Virus record (IMG/VR): IMGVR_UViG_3300032318_000568
Span: 1 to 59,633 of that record
Direction: 5' to 3' (one strand)
DNA length: 59,633 bases
Source: a virus
Lineage: Duplodnaviria > Caudoviricetes
A program made the position numbers and the translations under genes. The stretch's first letter is position 1; each line of letters begins with the position of its first letter. Shown here one piece after another: positions 1 through 10,503 of this stretch. The notes under the pieces are model-generated. The model ran no database searches, was not told where the DNA came from, and saw nothing but the letters and a program-made list of their open reading frames with translations.

Positions 1-1317
1 ATGAGACGTAGAGCAATTCGTATATTTCCTGATGGGCAAAAAGTTGCTCTCTACTGGGCAGACAAGATTAACAAGTTCATAACTGTTCCTTTCGAAAGCA
101 TTGGTATTAGTGAAGAGACACAATTAGATGAAATTTCAGTGTCTACTGCACAGCGTGTATATGCTCAAAGATATGCACAACCTACTGATGATGAAGTTGA
201 AAAAGAAGTTAGAGATTCTAAAGCACAAAGAACTCTCAGAAGAATAAAAAGCAAATACGGTAAAACAGCACAAGTTCGTGCTATTGCTATGGGCAAAAAA
301 GCTGAAAAAGAGAGAGAAGCTGGAGAAGGAACTTTTTCTAGGATTAGTCAGGCTGCTGGTGGCGGCATAACAGGTGTTACTGCTGGTGCGGCTGGTATGT
401 TAGGTGTTGGCATTAATAAACTTGCTCGTTCTGGTGCTAGAAAAGTATTATTCAAAAGAAAACTTGAAGAAAAAAGAAGTATGCAAGAAGGGTCAGCCGC
501 TGATGCAGCCGATATTGGTGCAGAAATTTTAGTTCCTTATTATGGTGCAGCCAAAAAACTTAAGTCTGGTGATTATAAAGGTGCCGCTGTAGATGCAGCC
601 ATTGATACAGGTCTAATAGGACTTGGTGCATTAACAGGCGGTGCAGGTTATATAGCTGGTAAAGCGGCTAAGGCTGGTATTAAAGGTGCTAAACTTGCAA
701 CTAAAACGGCAAAGACTGGTGCAAAACCTGCTTCTGTTGTAGCAAAAAAAGAAACCGAAACTTCATTTCAAACAGCGATGAAGAGAACTGCCCGAAGTGC
801 CGCTGAAAAAGCCGCAATGAGAAGGCAAAAAATAGATAAACTGTTGAATAAAAAAGGACCTTCAAGAAAAGGTAGAGGAAAAGCCGCAGCCGCTGGTGCA
901 GCCGCTGGTGCAGGTGCAGGAGGAATAGCTTCTTTGATGGGTGGTGCTCCGAGCGCGGGTAGCAGTAGTTCACCTGCACCTAGAACAGATTTCAATAGAC
1001 AGAAATATGATGTTGACAGAAACGTATCTGTAAATAATCCATATTCTGCATATAGAGAAAGAAAGTTTGCACAGAGCGCAGTTGCGCCTGTATCTGAAAA
1101 CGCTCTTTTCCAAAAGTTGAAAACAATATCGGAAAGCAATGAGACATACACTCATATGTTTGAAGATGGTTCTGTATATGTTACCCCTACTCTAGCAAAC
1201 AGATTGCTTGAGACATATTCGAAATTGAATATGAAAAATAAAGTTTCGATAAGGGAAATGATAAATAAAGATAAAAGTAGTTTCATTAAAGTTGCTAATT
1301 TCTCAGTAGGAAAATAA
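1..1317 (+). CDS. Probable internal head / prohead-associated protein (likely 5'-truncated by window edge)
   Basis: Upstream of prohead core genes; Ala/Gly/Lys-rich segments separated by (L/V/M)xE motifs (QLDE, KLEE, VSE) resembling gp21 cleavage sites. Confidence 0.5.
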   Translation: MRRRAIRIFPDGQKVALYWADKINKFITVPFESIGISEETQLDEISVSTAQRVYAQRYAQPTDDEVEKEVRDSKAQRTLRRIKSKYGKTAQVRAIAMGKKAEKEREAGEGTFSRISQAAGGGITGVTAGAAGMLGVGINKLARSGARKVLFKRKLEEKRSMQEGSAADAADIGAEILVPYYGAAKKLKSGDYKGAAVDAAIDTGLIGLGALTGGAGYIAGKAAKAGIKGAKLATKTAKTGAKPASVVAKKETETSFQTAMKRTARSAAEKAAMRRQKIDKLLNKKGPSRKGRGKAAAAGAAAGAGAGGIASLMGGAPSAGSSSSPAPRTDFNRQKYDVDRNVSVNNPYSAYRERKFAQSAVAPVSENALFQKLKTISESNETYTHMFEDGSVYVTPTLANRLLETYSKLNMKNKVSIREMINKDKSSFIKVANFSVGK

Positions 1318-1326
1318 GGTAGAACG

Positions 1327-1833
1327 ATGCCAAATATCATAAGAGAACATAAAATAATTGATAATCAAAAGAGAGCATTGATAAAGTATGTTTTCTTGTA
1401 TGTTGATACCGCACAAGCTAACACTGTTTTGGTCGACGTATCAAATCTTGGATATGCTCTTAATGCAAATGGTAAGATTATGTCTTCCAATGTTCATCCT
1501 AAACCAACATATAGAACTAAAGTTAAGCGCATTTTCGGGACAGCAAAATCTTCAGGTTATGTAAAGCTACAGTGGCATGGCGATTCAAACTCAGAGATTG
1601 TAACATTTAACACAGGTTCATTCGATTATAATTTTGAAAGCATGGGTGATGTTGCAACAATAGGAAATCCTGAAGCTAACAGCACAGGTGACATTTTGTT
1701 AACAACATCTGGAGCCGCATCAGGCGATGTATTCACACTATTCGTTGATTTAAGAAAAGACAATCAAGACTATGACTCAGGGCAGTCAGCAGACCCTGTA
1801 GCATTCAATCAAGGACCAGCGTTATTCACATGA
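1327..1833 (+). CDS. Hypothetical protein, probably virion-associated
   Basis: 168-aa beta-rich ORF with SD (AAGG) inside the head module. Confidence 0.5.
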   Translation: MPNIIREHKIIDNQKRALIKYVFLYVDTAQANTVLVDVSNLGYALNANGKIMSSNVHPKPTYRTKVKRIFGTAKSSGYVKLQWHGDSNSEIVTFNTGSFDYNFESMGDVATIGNPEANSTGDILLTTSGAASGDVFTLFVDLRKDNQDYDSGQSADPVAFNQGPALFT

Positions 1834-3854
1834 GCGATTTAATTAACAAACTTTTCAATAAGAATTATGATGATGCTAAATCTCTATTTGAAGAGAAAAT
1901 GTCATCTATTGTGGAAAAGAAAAAAGTTGAAAACAAGAAAGTTATTGGCGCTAAACTTGAACAGTTAACAATGACTCGTAAAGCATTTGATGGAAATACG
2001 GGTGCAAGAGCAGAAAAGCTATATCGTGGTGTAATAGAAGAAAAAGGACCTGGTCTATGGGCAAACATTCGTGCTAAAAAAGCTAGAGGCGAACGTATGA
2101 GAAAACCTGGTGAAGAAGGTGCACCCACAGAAGAACAAATCAAAAAAGCAAGAAATGAAGAAGTAGAACTTGAAGAAAAGTATGGTAAAGGTTATGTATC
2201 GGCTGCTTCTAAGATTGAAAGAGCTATGAAGAAGAGAGGTGTTCAACCAAATTCGAGCGACAAGTATCGCAAAGAAATGGAACGACTCGATGCTCAGTAT
2301 AAAGAGTTACAAGCAAAAGATAAGAAGATTGATGAAGATTCTAATGATAGATTGAAAGCACATTCAGATTTAACAGGTAAGTTTGGTGGTATAGAAATTA
2401 ATTCACCGCTCATCGGAACAAAATATGGTTTTCCAACAAGATCGGGCGATCAAGGTTTTGCTAAGTTTAAAAAAGATTTAGACATTAAAGATACTACATC
2501 ATCTACGCCGACTGTACCAAGTCAACCATCATTTAACAAAAACAAACCTGAAACTGGTGCAGATGTTAAAACAAGTTTTCTAGACAAGTTTAAAATAGCC
2601 AGACAAAAAGCTCTTGATAATGCAGGTGTAACATCTCAAACATATAAAGATTTAGGTACATCACTTAAAACTGCTGGCCAAAGTATGACGGATGTTGCCA
2701 GAGATTTAGTTCAAGGTAAACCATATAATGCGGCAGCAAGCGGATTTACCGGTTTATCTAAAACAATAAAAAGTGTATTGGGTAATAAAGATGCTGAAAC
2801 CGCTTTTGATAAACTTCCATTAAATTTAGGAACTTTAGCTAAACACGCTTCCGGTGTTGGTGGTGGAATTAAAGATGTTAAAAAATTTGACACCGACCAA
2901 CAGAACATAATTCTCAATGTTGGTGCAAATGCACGAGATAGGGCAGGTGGTAAATTAAAACCAGATAAGCAATATTTTCAAACTGGTTATCCAGATTATA
3001 AAGATATGGCTCCAGGAGATGTAGGTTATGGACAACAAAATGATTTATCTACAATGGCCAAAAATACTCAGAATAAAGGTTATCAAGTAAAGGCAACTCT
3101 TGGTGCTTTTGGAGTTAAACCTCTGCCAAGCGGTAAAGTTGAAGTTAAAGACATATATGATTTCAATGGAAAAACTAAAAAAGCTGGATTACAGAAAGAT
3201 ATTGATTCAGGTAAAGCTGGCGCTTATGCTACTATTAGAAATCAAGTTGGTGAAAAAGGTGATCTACAATATTCTAAAGATGACGAAAGACAGAAAACAA
3301 GTTTTGTTATACCTAAAGATGTAGTTGCAAAAAATCCTAATTGGCAAAATTATAACTTTTCTGCTTTACAGCCTGCTAGACCTATTACACCAACACCTAG
3401 CACAGCATATAAAGCAGTATCAGAACCTAAAGCTATGACACAAGCAACACCAAAAACTGTATCTGCACAACCTAAACCAAGATCAGAAATTGGCAAACAG
3501 TTTGATGCGGCATATGCTGATGCTAAGAAGCTATCAAAAACATCAGGTCAAAAAACATTCTCATTTAAAGGTAAAGATTATGCATTGAATGAAGATGTTG
3601 AGCTAGATGAAGCCCGTATAAATATAATTAAAGCTAGAATCCGTGGTGGTAAAGTTCAACGCCGTAAGAAAGTTTCAAACGTTCCTGGCATGACACTGAG
3701 AAGCGGCAGACTTATAAGAATGTCTCCAGCAGAGAGACGCCGTCGTAGATTAGGTCAAAAGCGCGGTAAGATTAAAAGAAGAATGAAACTAGGAAGAACA
3801 CTCGTTAAGCGTCAGCGTTCACTTAGAAAAAGACAGTCATTAGGATTAAAGTAA
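1830..3854 (+). CDS. Prohead core protein: gp67-like N-terminus and gp68-like C-terminus around a large insert
   Basis: N-term MSDLINKLFNKNYDDAKSLFEEKM; Arg/Lys-rich C-term ARIRGGKVQRRKK...RQRSLRKRQSLGLK; immediately precedes gp21. Confidence 0.7.
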   Translation: MSDLINKLFNKNYDDAKSLFEEKMSSIVEKKKVENKKVIGAKLEQLTMTRKAFDGNTGARAEKLYRGVIEEKGPGLWANIRAKKARGERMRKPGEEGAPTEEQIKKARNEEVELEEKYGKGYVSAASKIERAMKKRGVQPNSSDKYRKEMERLDAQYKELQAKDKKIDEDSNDRLKAHSDLTGKFGGIEINSPLIGTKYGFPTRSGDQGFAKFKKDLDIKDTTSSTPTVPSQPSFNKNKPETGADVKTSFLDKFKIARQKALDNAGVTSQTYKDLGTSLKTAGQSMTDVARDLVQGKPYNAAASGFTGLSKTIKSVLGNKDAETAFDKLPLNLGTLAKHASGVGGGIKDVKKFDTDQQNIILNVGANARDRAGGKLKPDKQYFQTGYPDYKDMAPGDVGYGQQNDLSTMAKNTQNKGYQVKATLGAFGVKPLPSGKVEVKDIYDFNGKTKKAGLQKDIDSGKAGAYATIRNQVGEKGDLQYSKDDERQKTSFVIPKDVVAKNPNWQNYNFSALQPARPITPTPSTAYKAVSEPKAMTQATPKTVSAQPKPRSEIGKQFDAAYADAKKLSKTSGQKTFSFKGKDYALNEDVELDEARINIIKARIRGGKVQRRKKVSNVPGMTLRSGRLIRMSPAERRRRRLGQKRGKIKRRMKLGRTLVKRQRSLRKRQSLGLK

Positions 3855-3855
3855 G

Positions 3856-4500
3856 ATGAAACTCATCACAGAAGAAATTACAGAAGTCAAATACCTTACA
3901 GAAGGTACAGGTGCAGATAAGAAATACTTCATCGAAGGTATCTTTATGCAAGCTGAAAAACAGAATCGCAACGGTCGTGTCTATCCTAAACAGGTAGTTG
4001 ACCGTGAAGTTGCTAGATATAATACGAACTATATCAAGCAGAATAGAGCGTTCGGTGAACTTGGACATCCAGATTCACCAACTATCAATCTTGACCGTGT
4101 ATCACACATGATTAAGAGTCTTTACCCAGATGGTAATAACTATGTCGGTAAAGCACAAATATTAGATACTCCAAATGGTAAAATTGTGAAAAGTCTTTTA
4201 GATGCAGGTGCAAATTTAGGAGTTTCTTGTAGAGGCGTAGGGTCTCTTAAGCCATATAACGGCTATCAACAAGTTCAAGATGACTACCATCTTGCTACAG
4301 CGGCAGACATTGTAGCAGATCCGTCAGCACCAGATGCTTTTGTCCGTGGTATTCACGAAGGTAAAGAATGGATTCTTGCCAACGGAAACTGGACGGCAAT
4401 TGATTACGAGAGAGCAAAGAAACAACTAAATGAAGCTCATCGTAGAGATTACGAAGATGTTGCACTAAAAGTGTTTCAAAATTTTATCTCAAAATTATAA
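3856..4500 (+). CDS. gp21: Prohead core protease
   Basis: MKLITE, IEGIFMQAE..NRNGRVY, GELGHP, GVSCRGVGSL, DIVADPSAPDAFV motifs. Confidence 0.97.
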   Translation: MKLITEEITEVKYLTEGTGADKKYFIEGIFMQAEKQNRNGRVYPKQVVDREVARYNTNYIKQNRAFGELGHPDSPTINLDRVSHMIKSLYPDGNNYVGKAQILDTPNGKIVKSLLDAGANLGVSCRGVGSLKPYNGYQQVQDDYHLATAADIVADPSAPDAFVRGIHEGKEWILANGNWTAIDYERAKKQLNEAHRRDYEDVALKVFQNFISKL

Positions 4501-4504
4501 TTTA

Positions 4505-4512
4505 TATAAATA
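4505..4512 (+). promoter_or_regulatory. T4-type late promoter
   Basis: Exact TATAAATA upstream of gp22. Confidence 0.85.
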
Positions 4513-4537
4513 TTTCAAGAAAAAGGAGTATTCTAAT

Positions 4538-5809
4538 ATGGGTAAGTCTCTAACCGAAACAGCAAAAGCGATTCTGATGAAAGAGTCTAACGACGCTACA
4601 CCAGACCGCGATGCTACATCAACAACTGTGAATAAGGCAACACTTCGCCCTAATTCAAAAGCTGTTGAAGGGCAAATTGTAAATCCAGGTGCTATGTCAA
4701 CACCAGGAAATCAAGCACAAGATTTAGGTCCAGCTTTAACTAAGATGGGCGATGTTCCTCCTTCAGCTAAAGCATCTGGCGCTACTAAGAAGGACGTTTC
4801 GCCTTCTTCTCAGTCACGTAAGGGTGCAACACCTGCTGAGACAGTAAAAAAGCAAGCAGAAGTTATGGAAGAAGATATGGAACAAGATGATTCAGCACTA
4901 GTTGCAGAAGCCGAAGAATTTGATGAAGAAATTGAAATCTCAGAAGAACTTGAAGCATTCATTGACCAAATGGTTGCTGAAGGTTATTCAGAAGATGAAA
5001 TTGCACAAGCTATCGATGAAAACTTCGAAGTTATCGAAGAAGGTATTGAAGAAGATGCAATGGAAGGTTATGAAGTCGATATGTCAGAAGATGTTGAGGC
5101 ACTTCTACAAGGCGAAGAACTTTCAGAAGAATTTAAAGAAAAAGCAAAGACAATCTTCGAAGCAGCCGTAAAAGCTAAAGTTGAACAAGAACTAGCGGCT
5201 ATTGAAGAAGCCTATGCTGAAACACTTGAGGAAGAAGTTGCACAGATTCAAGAACAGCTTTCTTCAAATGTAGATGACTATCTTAACTATGTTGTTGAGC
5301 AGTGGGTTGCAGAAAATGAAGTTGCAATCGAAGCTGGTCTCCGCACAGAATTAACAGAAGAGTTCATCTCTGGCCTTCGCACACTAGTCGCAGAACACTA
5401 TATCGACATTCCTGAAGATAAAGTTTCTGTAATCGAAGAACTTGGAGATAAAGTTTCTGAGCTTGAAAATAAACTTAACGAAGAAATTGAGCGTAACGTT
5501 ACACTCAATAAGATGCTATCCGAAAGTCGCAGAGTTGAAGTATTCAACAATTCTGTGGACGGTCTAACAGCAACACAAGCTGAAAAGCTAAGGTCGCTTG
5601 CTGAAGGTGTTGAGTATTCAAGTGATGAAGAATTTGCTACCAAAGTTAAGACATTGCGCGAAAATTATTTCCCAACAACAGCAGTCAAGAAGGACAATGT
5701 TCTTGATAAAGCTGAGTCATCTATGGATGGCAAGGGAATGATTTCTGAAAATCTGCAAGGTCCAATGGCAGCTTATGTAAGAACACTAGGTAAATCTCTT
5801 CCTAAGTAA
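4538..5809 (+). CDS. gp22: Prohead core scaffold protein
   Basis: Highly acidic; EEFKEKAKTIFEAAV, VDDYLNYVVEQW motifs; between gp21 and gp23. Confidence 0.95.
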   Translation: MGKSLTETAKAILMKESNDATPDRDATSTTVNKATLRPNSKAVEGQIVNPGAMSTPGNQAQDLGPALTKMGDVPPSAKASGATKKDVSPSSQSRKGATPAETVKKQAEVMEEDMEQDDSALVAEAEEFDEEIEISEELEAFIDQMVAEGYSEDEIAQAIDENFEVIEEGIEEDAMEGYEVDMSEDVEALLQGEELSEEFKEKAKTIFEAAVKAKVEQELAAIEEAYAETLEEEVAQIQEQLSSNVDDYLNYVVEQWVAENEVAIEAGLRTELTEEFISGLRTLVAEHYIDIPEDKVSVIEELGDKVSELENKLNEEIERNVTLNKMLSESRRVEVFNNSVDGLTATQAEKLRSLAEGVEYSSDEEFATKVKTLRENYFPTTAVKKDNVLDKAESSMDGKGMISENLQGPMAAYVRTLGKSLPK

Positions 5810-5817
5810 AAGAAATA

Positions 5818-5825
5818 TATAAATA
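5818..5825 (+). promoter_or_regulatory. T4-type late promoter
   Basis: Exact TATAAATA upstream of gp23. Confidence 0.88.
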
Positions 5826-5856
5826 GTAATACATTCTTTAAAGGAGAATAAAAAAA

Positions 5857-7182
5857 ATGTATTTATCAGAACAGTTAGAAAACAAGTGGTCACCAGTTCT
5901 CGACCACGACGGTCTTAACAAGATTAAAGATCCATATCGCCGTGCTGTCACAGCGATGGTTCTTGAGAACCAAGAAAAGGCGATGGCAGAAGAAAGCCGT
6001 CAGCTTAACGAATCTGCACCGACAAATAACTACGGTGGCGGTAACATTGCGTCATACGACCCAATTCTTATCTCTCTCGTTCGTCGTGCGCTTCCTAATC
6101 TGATTGCTTATGATATCTGCGGCGTTCAGCCAATGACAGGTCCAACAGGACTTATCTTCGCAATGCGTTCTAAGTATAGCTCACAGGGCGGTACAGAAGC
6201 TCTGTTCAATGAAGCTAATACAGGCTTCGCATCAACAAACGCAGCCGGTGCTAACGGTAACGTTTCTGGTTCATTGACAAATACAAACCCTGTATTCGCT
6301 CTTTCTGATGCAACAACATACGGTGTTGGCGCAGGTATGACAACTGCTCGTGCAGAAGCTCTTGGCGACGATTCAGGTAATGCTTTCGCTGAAATGGCTT
6401 TCTCAATTGAGAAAGTAACTGTTACAGCACGTTCACGCGCTCTGAAAGCAGAATACACAATGGAACTTGCACAGGATCTTAAGGCTGTTCACGGTCTTGA
6501 TGCTGAGACAGAACTTGCAAATATTCTGTCAACAGAAATCCTTGCAGAAATCAATCGTGAAGTTGTTCGCTCAATCTATCGCACAGCTACAGCTGGCGCA
6601 CAGTATGGTGTTACAACAGCTGGTACATTTGACCTTGACACAGACTCAAACGGTCGTTGGTCAGTTGAAAAGTTCAAGGGTCTAGTATTCCAGATTGAAC
6701 GTGAAGCTAATGCTATCGCTCGTGCTACACGTCGCGGTAAGGGTAACGTTCTGATTGTTTCATCAGACGTTGCATCTGCTCTCGCAATGGCTGGCGTTCT
6801 TGACTATACACCAGCACTTCAAGCTAACCTCAATGTTGATGATACTGGCAACACATTTGCTGGTACACTTCATGGTCGTGTAAAAGTTTACATCGATCCA
6901 TACTTCGGTGGTTCAGCTAATGGTGACGAACTTGTAACTGTTGGTTATAAGGGTACATCACCATACGATGCAGGTATCTTCTACTGCCCATACGTTCCAC
7001 TACAGATGGTTCGTGCAATCGGTCAAGATACATTCCAGCCAAAGATTGGCTTTAAGACACGTTACGGCATGGTTGCAAATCCATTCGCAACTACAGCAGG
7101 TGACGGTGTTGTTGGTAATCGTGATAATGCCGCACAGCGCAATATCTACTACCGTATCTTCCGCGTTCGCAATCTTATGTGA
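5857..7182 (+). CDS. gp23: Major capsid protein
   Basis: KWSPVL, CGVQPMTGPTGLIFAMR, ARSRALKAEYTMELAQDLKAVHGLDAE, FQPKIGFKTRYG. Confidence 0.99.
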   Translation: MYLSEQLENKWSPVLDHDGLNKIKDPYRRAVTAMVLENQEKAMAEESRQLNESAPTNNYGGGNIASYDPILISLVRRALPNLIAYDICGVQPMTGPTGLIFAMRSKYSSQGGTEALFNEANTGFASTNAAGANGNVSGSLTNTNPVFALSDATTYGVGAGMTTARAEALGDDSGNAFAEMAFSIEKVTVTARSRALKAEYTMELAQDLKAVHGLDAETELANILSTEILAEINREVVRSIYRTATAGAQYGVTTAGTFDLDTDSNGRWSVEKFKGLVFQIEREANAIARATRRGKGNVLIVSSDVASALAMAGVLDYTPALQANLNVDDTGNTFAGTLHGRVKVYIDPYFGGSANGDELVTVGYKGTSPYDAGIFYCPYVPLQMVRAIGQDTFQPKIGFKTRYGMVANPFATTAGDGVVGNRDNAAQRNIYYRIFRVRNLM

Positions 7183-7211
7183 TAATAAGAATAAGAAACT
7201 GATACAGAACT

Positions 7212-7240
7212 GGGCGGGGGAAACCTCGCCCTTTTTGTTT
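7212..7240 (+). terminator. Intrinsic terminator after gp23
   Basis: GGGCGGGG-GAAA-CCTCGCCC stem-loop followed by TTTTTGTTT. Confidence 0.9.
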
Positions 7241-7241
7241 A

Positions 7242-7249
7242 TATAAATA
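7242..7249 (+). promoter_or_regulatory. T4-type late promoter
   Basis: Exact TATAAATA upstream of gp3-like gene. Confidence 0.85.
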
Positions 7250-7267
7250 TAATGCAAGGAGATACTA

Positions 7268-7777
7268 ATGGCTATTAATACAGATTTGATACAGATTCCG
7301 GACAATACAAGTTTTCTTCAGACAACGAAGTTCAGCTTTGTCATACCGAATCTTCCATTTGCCAAATACTTTTGTCAGACGGTAACATTGCCTAGCATCT
7401 CAACATCAGAAGCACTTGTCTCTACGCCTTTCTCAGACACATATAGACACGGTGATAAACTTGTATTCGACCCCTTTACAATAACATTCTTAGTCGATGA
7501 GGACTTGAGAGTGTGGGAAGAAACATATATCTGGCTCTGCACATTGACAAATCCAAGACAGTTCAAAGAGTTCGCACCACGTTTCAAAGAAAAGTATTAT
7601 GATGGTATATTGACAATCAATAACAATGCAAACATTCCTAATCTTCGTATAAAGTTCCGCAATTGTCATCCCACATCATTAGGAACTATTCAATTCGCAA
7701 CAACAGATAATGCAGACATCACACCTGTTTGCGACCTAACTATTCGATATGACATCTTTGAAATTGAAAGATTGTGA
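7268..7777 (+). CDS. gp3: Tail completion / tube terminator protein
   Basis: FCQTVTLPSI, GDKLVFDPFTITFLVDEDL..W motifs; gp23-gp3-uvsY-uvsW synteny. Confidence 0.88.
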   Translation: MAINTDLIQIPDNTSFLQTTKFSFVIPNLPFAKYFCQTVTLPSISTSEALVSTPFSDTYRHGDKLVFDPFTITFLVDEDLRVWEETYIWLCTLTNPRQFKEFAPRFKEKYYDGILTINNNANIPNLRIKFRNCHPTSLGTIQFATTDNADITPVCDLTIRYDIFEIERL

Positions 7778-7806
7778 TTGACTTTTTCATAACTTTCTGC
7801 TATCAT
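7778..7806 (+). promoter_or_regulatory. Sigma70-type promoter for uvsY-uvsW
   Basis: TTGACT-N17-TATCAT. Confidence 0.7.
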
Positions 7807-7837
7807 CTAATACATTTAAACTGATTCGGAGTTTGTT

Positions 7838-8287
7838 ATGAAACCGCCAGTAAATATTGACGCTCTTATGGAAGAGTGGTCAAAAGATGCACCTATTGAT
7901 GAAACTGAACCTAGTCGTGAACTTGCTAAAATTCCAAATCTACATTCAAAATATCTACGTATAATGACACACCACAATCTTGTCGTTAAAAAACTTATGT
8001 ATGAATATCATAAGATGCGTAAGATTAAGTGGGAATACTACAATGGTGATTTGAACAATCCAGAAGATTTAGAACACTATGGACTTGACCCAAATCCAAA
8101 GAAGATACTTCGCGCAGATATACCTACATATCTAGACTCAGACAAAGAACTTAATGATATCCTTCTCAAGAAAGTCATACACGAAGAAATCGTTGAGTTC
8201 TGTAAGACTGTCCTAAAAGAGATAAATAATCGCACATGGCAGTTAAGAACTATAGCAGATTGGGAAAGATTTGTAGGTGGGAATTGA
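7838..8287 (+). CDS. uvsY: Recombination mediator
   Basis: IPNLHSKYL, KWEYYNG, INNRTWQLR..DWERF. Confidence 0.92.
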   Translation: MKPPVNIDALMEEWSKDAPIDETEPSRELAKIPNLHSKYLRIMTHHNLVVKKLMYEYHKMRKIKWEYYNGDLNNPEDLEHYGLDPNPKKILRADIPTYLDSDKELNDILLKKVIHEEIVEFCKTVLKEINNRTWQLRTIADWERFVGGN

Positions 8288-9746
8288 TTTAGAACTTAAA
8301 AACATAAATGAAGTATATGTGAAGATTGATTGTGATGAGGGAATAGCACATGAACTCCGCGACAACTTCACATTTATGGTACCAGGCTATCAATTTACTC
8401 CTGCATATAAAGCAAGAATGTGGGATGGTAAAATAAGACTGTTTGATATTCGCTCAAAACAAATCTATCGTGGACTTATACCTCAGATAGAAGAGTTTTG
8501 TCACTCGCGCAAATACAAGTTTTCTTATGAAAACTACACGAACGAGTATTCAATCTCAGAAGCAAACGACTTCATTAAAGAACTGGATGTCAAATATGAT
8601 CCACGAGATTATCAAGTTACAGCATTCACACAAGCCGTTAGAAAAAAACGAGCATTACTCTTATCACCAACAGCCAGTGGAAAATCTCTTATTATTTATC
8701 TTCTGGTTCGTTATTTTCTTGATAGTGGTTGTGTCAGAGGTCTCATTATTGTTCCTACAGTAAATCTTGTTCAACAGTTAACTTCCGACTTCAAAGACTA
8801 TTCTGAAAAGAACGGATTTGATGTTGATGGTGTTGTGCATAACATCTATGCTGGTAAAGATAAATCTTCTGATAAGCAAATCATAATATCTACATGGCAA
8901 TCAATCTACGAACAAGATAAAAGTTTCTTCAAAGACTTTGACTTCGTTATTGGTGATGAAGCGCATCTATTCAAAGCAAAATCTCTCATGACAATTATGG
9001 AGTCACTTGTCAATGCAAAGTATCGTATTGGTTTGACAGGTACACTTGACGGCACAAAGACACATAAGTTGGTACTAGAAGGTCTTTTTGGTCCTGTTTA
9101 CAAAGTTACATCAACAAAAGAATTGATGGATGCAGGGCATGTTTCTGATTTCAGCATCAAGTGTTTACTATTGCGTCATGCTGAAAGCGTATGTCAAGCG
9201 GCTAAAAAGTTTAAGTATGCTGACGAAATTGAATACCTTGTTTTGAATGAAACAAGAAACAAATTCATTCGTAACTTAGCTTTATCATTGAAAGGTAATA
9301 CACTTATTCTTTATCAATATGTTGATAAGCACGGAAAGATACTTCACGACCTTATTTCTAAACAAGTCGATAATCGTAAAGTATTTTTTATATATGGCGG
9401 AACAGATGCGGATATTAGAGAAGATGTTCGTAAAATTGTGGAGACAGAAAAAGATGCAATCATCATTGCCTCGTATGGTACGTTTTCAACTGGTGTTAAC
9501 ATTAGGAATCTACATAATGTTATCTTTGCTTCTCCTTCTAAGTCTCGTGTGAGAAATCTACAATCTATCGGTCGCTCACTTCGTAAAGGTGATAACAAAG
9601 AAAGTGCAACACTATATGACATAGCAGATGATATGAGATATAAAGGGCATGAAAATTTCACGCTTAAACACTTCGCTGAAAGACTAAGAATCTATGGTGA
9701 AGAGAAGTTCAAATTTAAAATTTACAAGATAGAGTTGAAATCATGA
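8277..9746 (+). CDS. uvsW: SF2 DNA helicase
   Basis: WDGKIRLF, PRDYQ, SPTASGKS, DEAH, LQSIGRSLR. Confidence 0.97.
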   Translation: MGIDLELKNINEVYVKIDCDEGIAHELRDNFTFMVPGYQFTPAYKARMWDGKIRLFDIRSKQIYRGLIPQIEEFCHSRKYKFSYENYTNEYSISEANDFIKELDVKYDPRDYQVTAFTQAVRKKRALLLSPTASGKSLIIYLLVRYFLDSGCVRGLIIVPTVNLVQQLTSDFKDYSEKNGFDVDGVVHNIYAGKDKSSDKQIIISTWQSIYEQDKSFFKDFDFVIGDEAHLFKAKSLMTIMESLVNAKYRIGLTGTLDGTKTHKLVLEGLFGPVYKVTSTKELMDAGHVSDFSIKCLLLRHAESVCQAAKKFKYADEIEYLVLNETRNKFIRNLALSLKGNTLILYQYVDKHGKILHDLISKQVDNRKVFFIYGGTDADIREDVRKIVETEKDAIIIASYGTFSTGVNIRNLHNVIFASPSKSRVRNLQSIGRSLRKGDNKESATLYDIADDMRYKGHENFTLKHFAERLRIYGEEKFKFKIYKIELKS

Positions 9747-10201
9747 AAGAAGAGAACGAAGGTACCGTAAAATTTCTTAGACTAAATACAGGTGAAGATA
9801 TTATCGCATATACTCTTCACGTTAAGAAAGATGATTTTGAAGATGAGCATTATCTTGTAGATATGCCTTTAAAGATTGTCTATTCGACAAACGAAGATAG
9901 GAATATGCTTCTTTCGATATCTCTTATGCAATGGGTATTTACAAAAATATCGGATAACGAAGAGTTTAAACTTTCAGCTAAAGATGTTCTATTGTGTTCA
10001 AATGCATCATCTCACATGACCGACTTCTATTACGAAACCATTCATGAAATAGAACTGATGAAAGAAAAAGTTGATGAGATGAAAAAGAAGTTTCCATCAA
10101 ATGAAGTTGATGAATCCATGGACTATATGGATGAGAATGAAGGTCTTGAGATGTTACAAGATTTGTTGGAAATGACTAAGAACAAAAAGATTCTGCACTA
10201 A
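9743..10201 (+). CDS. Conserved hypothetical protein (possible Sm-like fold)
   Basis: KFLRLNTGEDII N-terminus typical of the ORF after uvsW in T4-like phages. Confidence 0.55.
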   Translation: MKEENEGTVKFLRLNTGEDIIAYTLHVKKDDFEDEHYLVDMPLKIVYSTNEDRNMLLSISLMQWVFTKISDNEEFKLSAKDVLLCSNASSHMTDFYYETIHEIELMKEKVDEMKKKFPSNEVDESMDYMDENEGLEMLQDLLEMTKNKKILH

Positions 10202-10211
10202 GGAGATTACA

Positions 10212-10481
10212 ATGGCTAAGAATCAAACAGTTGTAGAGATTGATGAAGATGATTTTGATTTCGGTTTCACAGCAGTTGGTGAAGATGAAATTGTCAATAC
10301 CGAACTAGTGTCGGAATCAGAAGATTTAAAGAAAAGACTTCATTCTGTGGAAAAGATGATTCTGCCTCTTCTTCAAAATCTAATGAAGAACCCAGAGAAA
10401 GAGATGATTAAATGGCCTAATCGTAAAGAGATTATAGAAAAACAGATTACTAAGTTATTATCATTAACAAGAACTAATTAA
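10212..10481 (+). CDS. Conserved hypothetical protein
   Basis: Strong SD AGGAG; DFDFGFTAV and ILPLLQNLMKNPEKEMIKWPNR. Confidence 0.7.
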   Translation: MAKNQTVVEIDEDDFDFGFTAVGEDEIVNTELVSESEDLKKRLHSVEKMILPLLQNLMKNPEKEMIKWPNRKEIIEKQITKLLSLTRTN

Positions 10482-10503
10482 TCATTCACGGCGGTACATA
10501 CCG

